64,000 bases of DNA, from NCBI GenBank assembly GCA_009914755.4, contig CP068257.2:12160001-12224000 (forward strand), read 5' to 3'. The stretch's first letter is position 1; each line of letters starts with the position of its first letter. Origin of the DNA: the human T2T-CHM13v2.0 reference genome, Homo sapiens. Below are positions 63,879 through 64,000 of the stretch, in pieces. The notes below the pieces were generated by a model that had not been told where the DNA came from, did not search any database, and saw only the letters and a program-made list of their open reading frames with translations. The translations under genes and the position numbers were made by a program.

Positions 63879-64000
63879 TGGCTGGAACTAGAGCTGCAGG
63901 GATGCAGGCAGCAGTGTCTTGAGACTGCACATAGAGGGGGGTCATGGAACTGGCCTAGGAAACCATTCTTCTCTCCGAGGCCCCAGGGCCTATGATAGCA
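63879..64000 (-). repeat. Array subunit U9 (partial, runs off the window). It is the second higher-order copy of position 3.
   Basis: Identical to the start of U3 over the 113 bp visible. Confidence 0.8.

Larger units (their letters stand above)
35885..64000 (-). repeat. Macrosatellite tandem array of at least 28.1 kb that runs off the window. Subunits are about 3.1-3.5 kb and derive from ERVL-MaLR (THE1/MST-like) LTR plus internal sequence in minus orientation. They are organised into a higher-order repeat of six subunits, about 19.35 kb. The window holds about 1.45 higher-order copies.
   Basis: Recurrent landmarks repeat every 3.08-3.51 kb. These are the hexamer tracts 'catggctggagctggagctg...gcagggatgcaggcagcagtgtcctgagg', the LTR start '(a)aagaggtttaattggctcatg(a/g)ttctgcaggctgtaa', and 'ccatgattaaatcacctcccaccaggccccacctttaacatt' two or three times per unit. 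Landmark sets recur with an offset of about 19,350 bp (37911 to 57259, 41038 to 60388, 44555 to 63879) at about 95-99% identity. Adjacent subunits are only about 75-85% identical. Confidence 0.9.

Noticed and set aside
36000-64000. Dozens of 60-150 aa ORFs on both strands inside the tandem array, many with recurring peptides
   Set aside because: They recur because the DNA is repeated and internally inverted. The frames and lengths are not conserved between subunits, and they overlap MaLR LTR and internal-derived sequence. There is no evidence of a conserved coding unit.
35885-64000. The possibility that the regular array is a CRISPR array or a prokaryotic defence or mobile system, as the prompt suggested
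   Set aside because: The window is clearly primate nuclear DNA, with Alu, L1, HERV-K LTR5 and human gene retrocopies. The repeat period is about 3 kb, not 30-40 bp, and there are no bacterial gene-like ORFs or Shine-Dalgarno organisation.

Overview
This window is primate, almost certainly human, genomic DNA and contains no prokaryotic system. Evidence is full-length Alu elements with target-site duplications, L1 3' ends and a solo HERV-K LTR5. No intact protein-coding gene is visible. Roughly the first 36 kb is pseudogene- and repeat-rich 'unique' sequence. It contains a frame-disrupted intronless GXYLT1 processed pseudogene on the minus strand at about 7.7-10.1 kb and a CNN2 (calponin-2) processed pseudogene on the plus strand at about 11.0-13.1 kb, arranged head-to-head. 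It also contains a degenerate C2H2 zinc-finger pseudogene fragment at about 23.1-24.2 kb, a solo HERV-K LTR5 of 968 bp with a 6-bp target-site duplication, two L1 3' fragments and several Alu elements. Further features are (GT)n microsatellites, a roughly 300-bp inverted duplication at about 33.8-34.8 kb and a degenerate 15-bp minisatellite of about 0.9 kb at 35.0-35.9 kb. The dominant feature begins abruptly at 35,885 and runs off the window end: a macrosatellite array of at least 28 kb. Its subunits are about 3.1-3.5 kb each and are built from ERVL-MaLR (THE1/MST-like) LTR and internal sequence in minus orientation, with extra partial LTR modules and an internal inverted duplication. Each subunit carries a (GGAGCT)n hexamer microsatellite of variable length. 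The subunits are organised into a higher-order repeat of six diverged subunits, about 19.35 kb. Neighbouring subunits are about 75-85% identical, whereas subunits one higher-order period apart are about 95-99% identical (U1 vs U7, U2 vs U8, U3 vs U9). This is alpha-satellite-style higher-order repeat organisation at a much larger unit scale. One higher-order-repeat position carries a 540-bp LTR-like insertion that is present in both copies. Many 60-230 aa ORFs in the supplied track fall inside repeats or pseudogenes and are not called as genes. I cannot tell from sequence alone whether this array is already catalogued; a RepeatMasker/Dfam or T2T-library search is needed.
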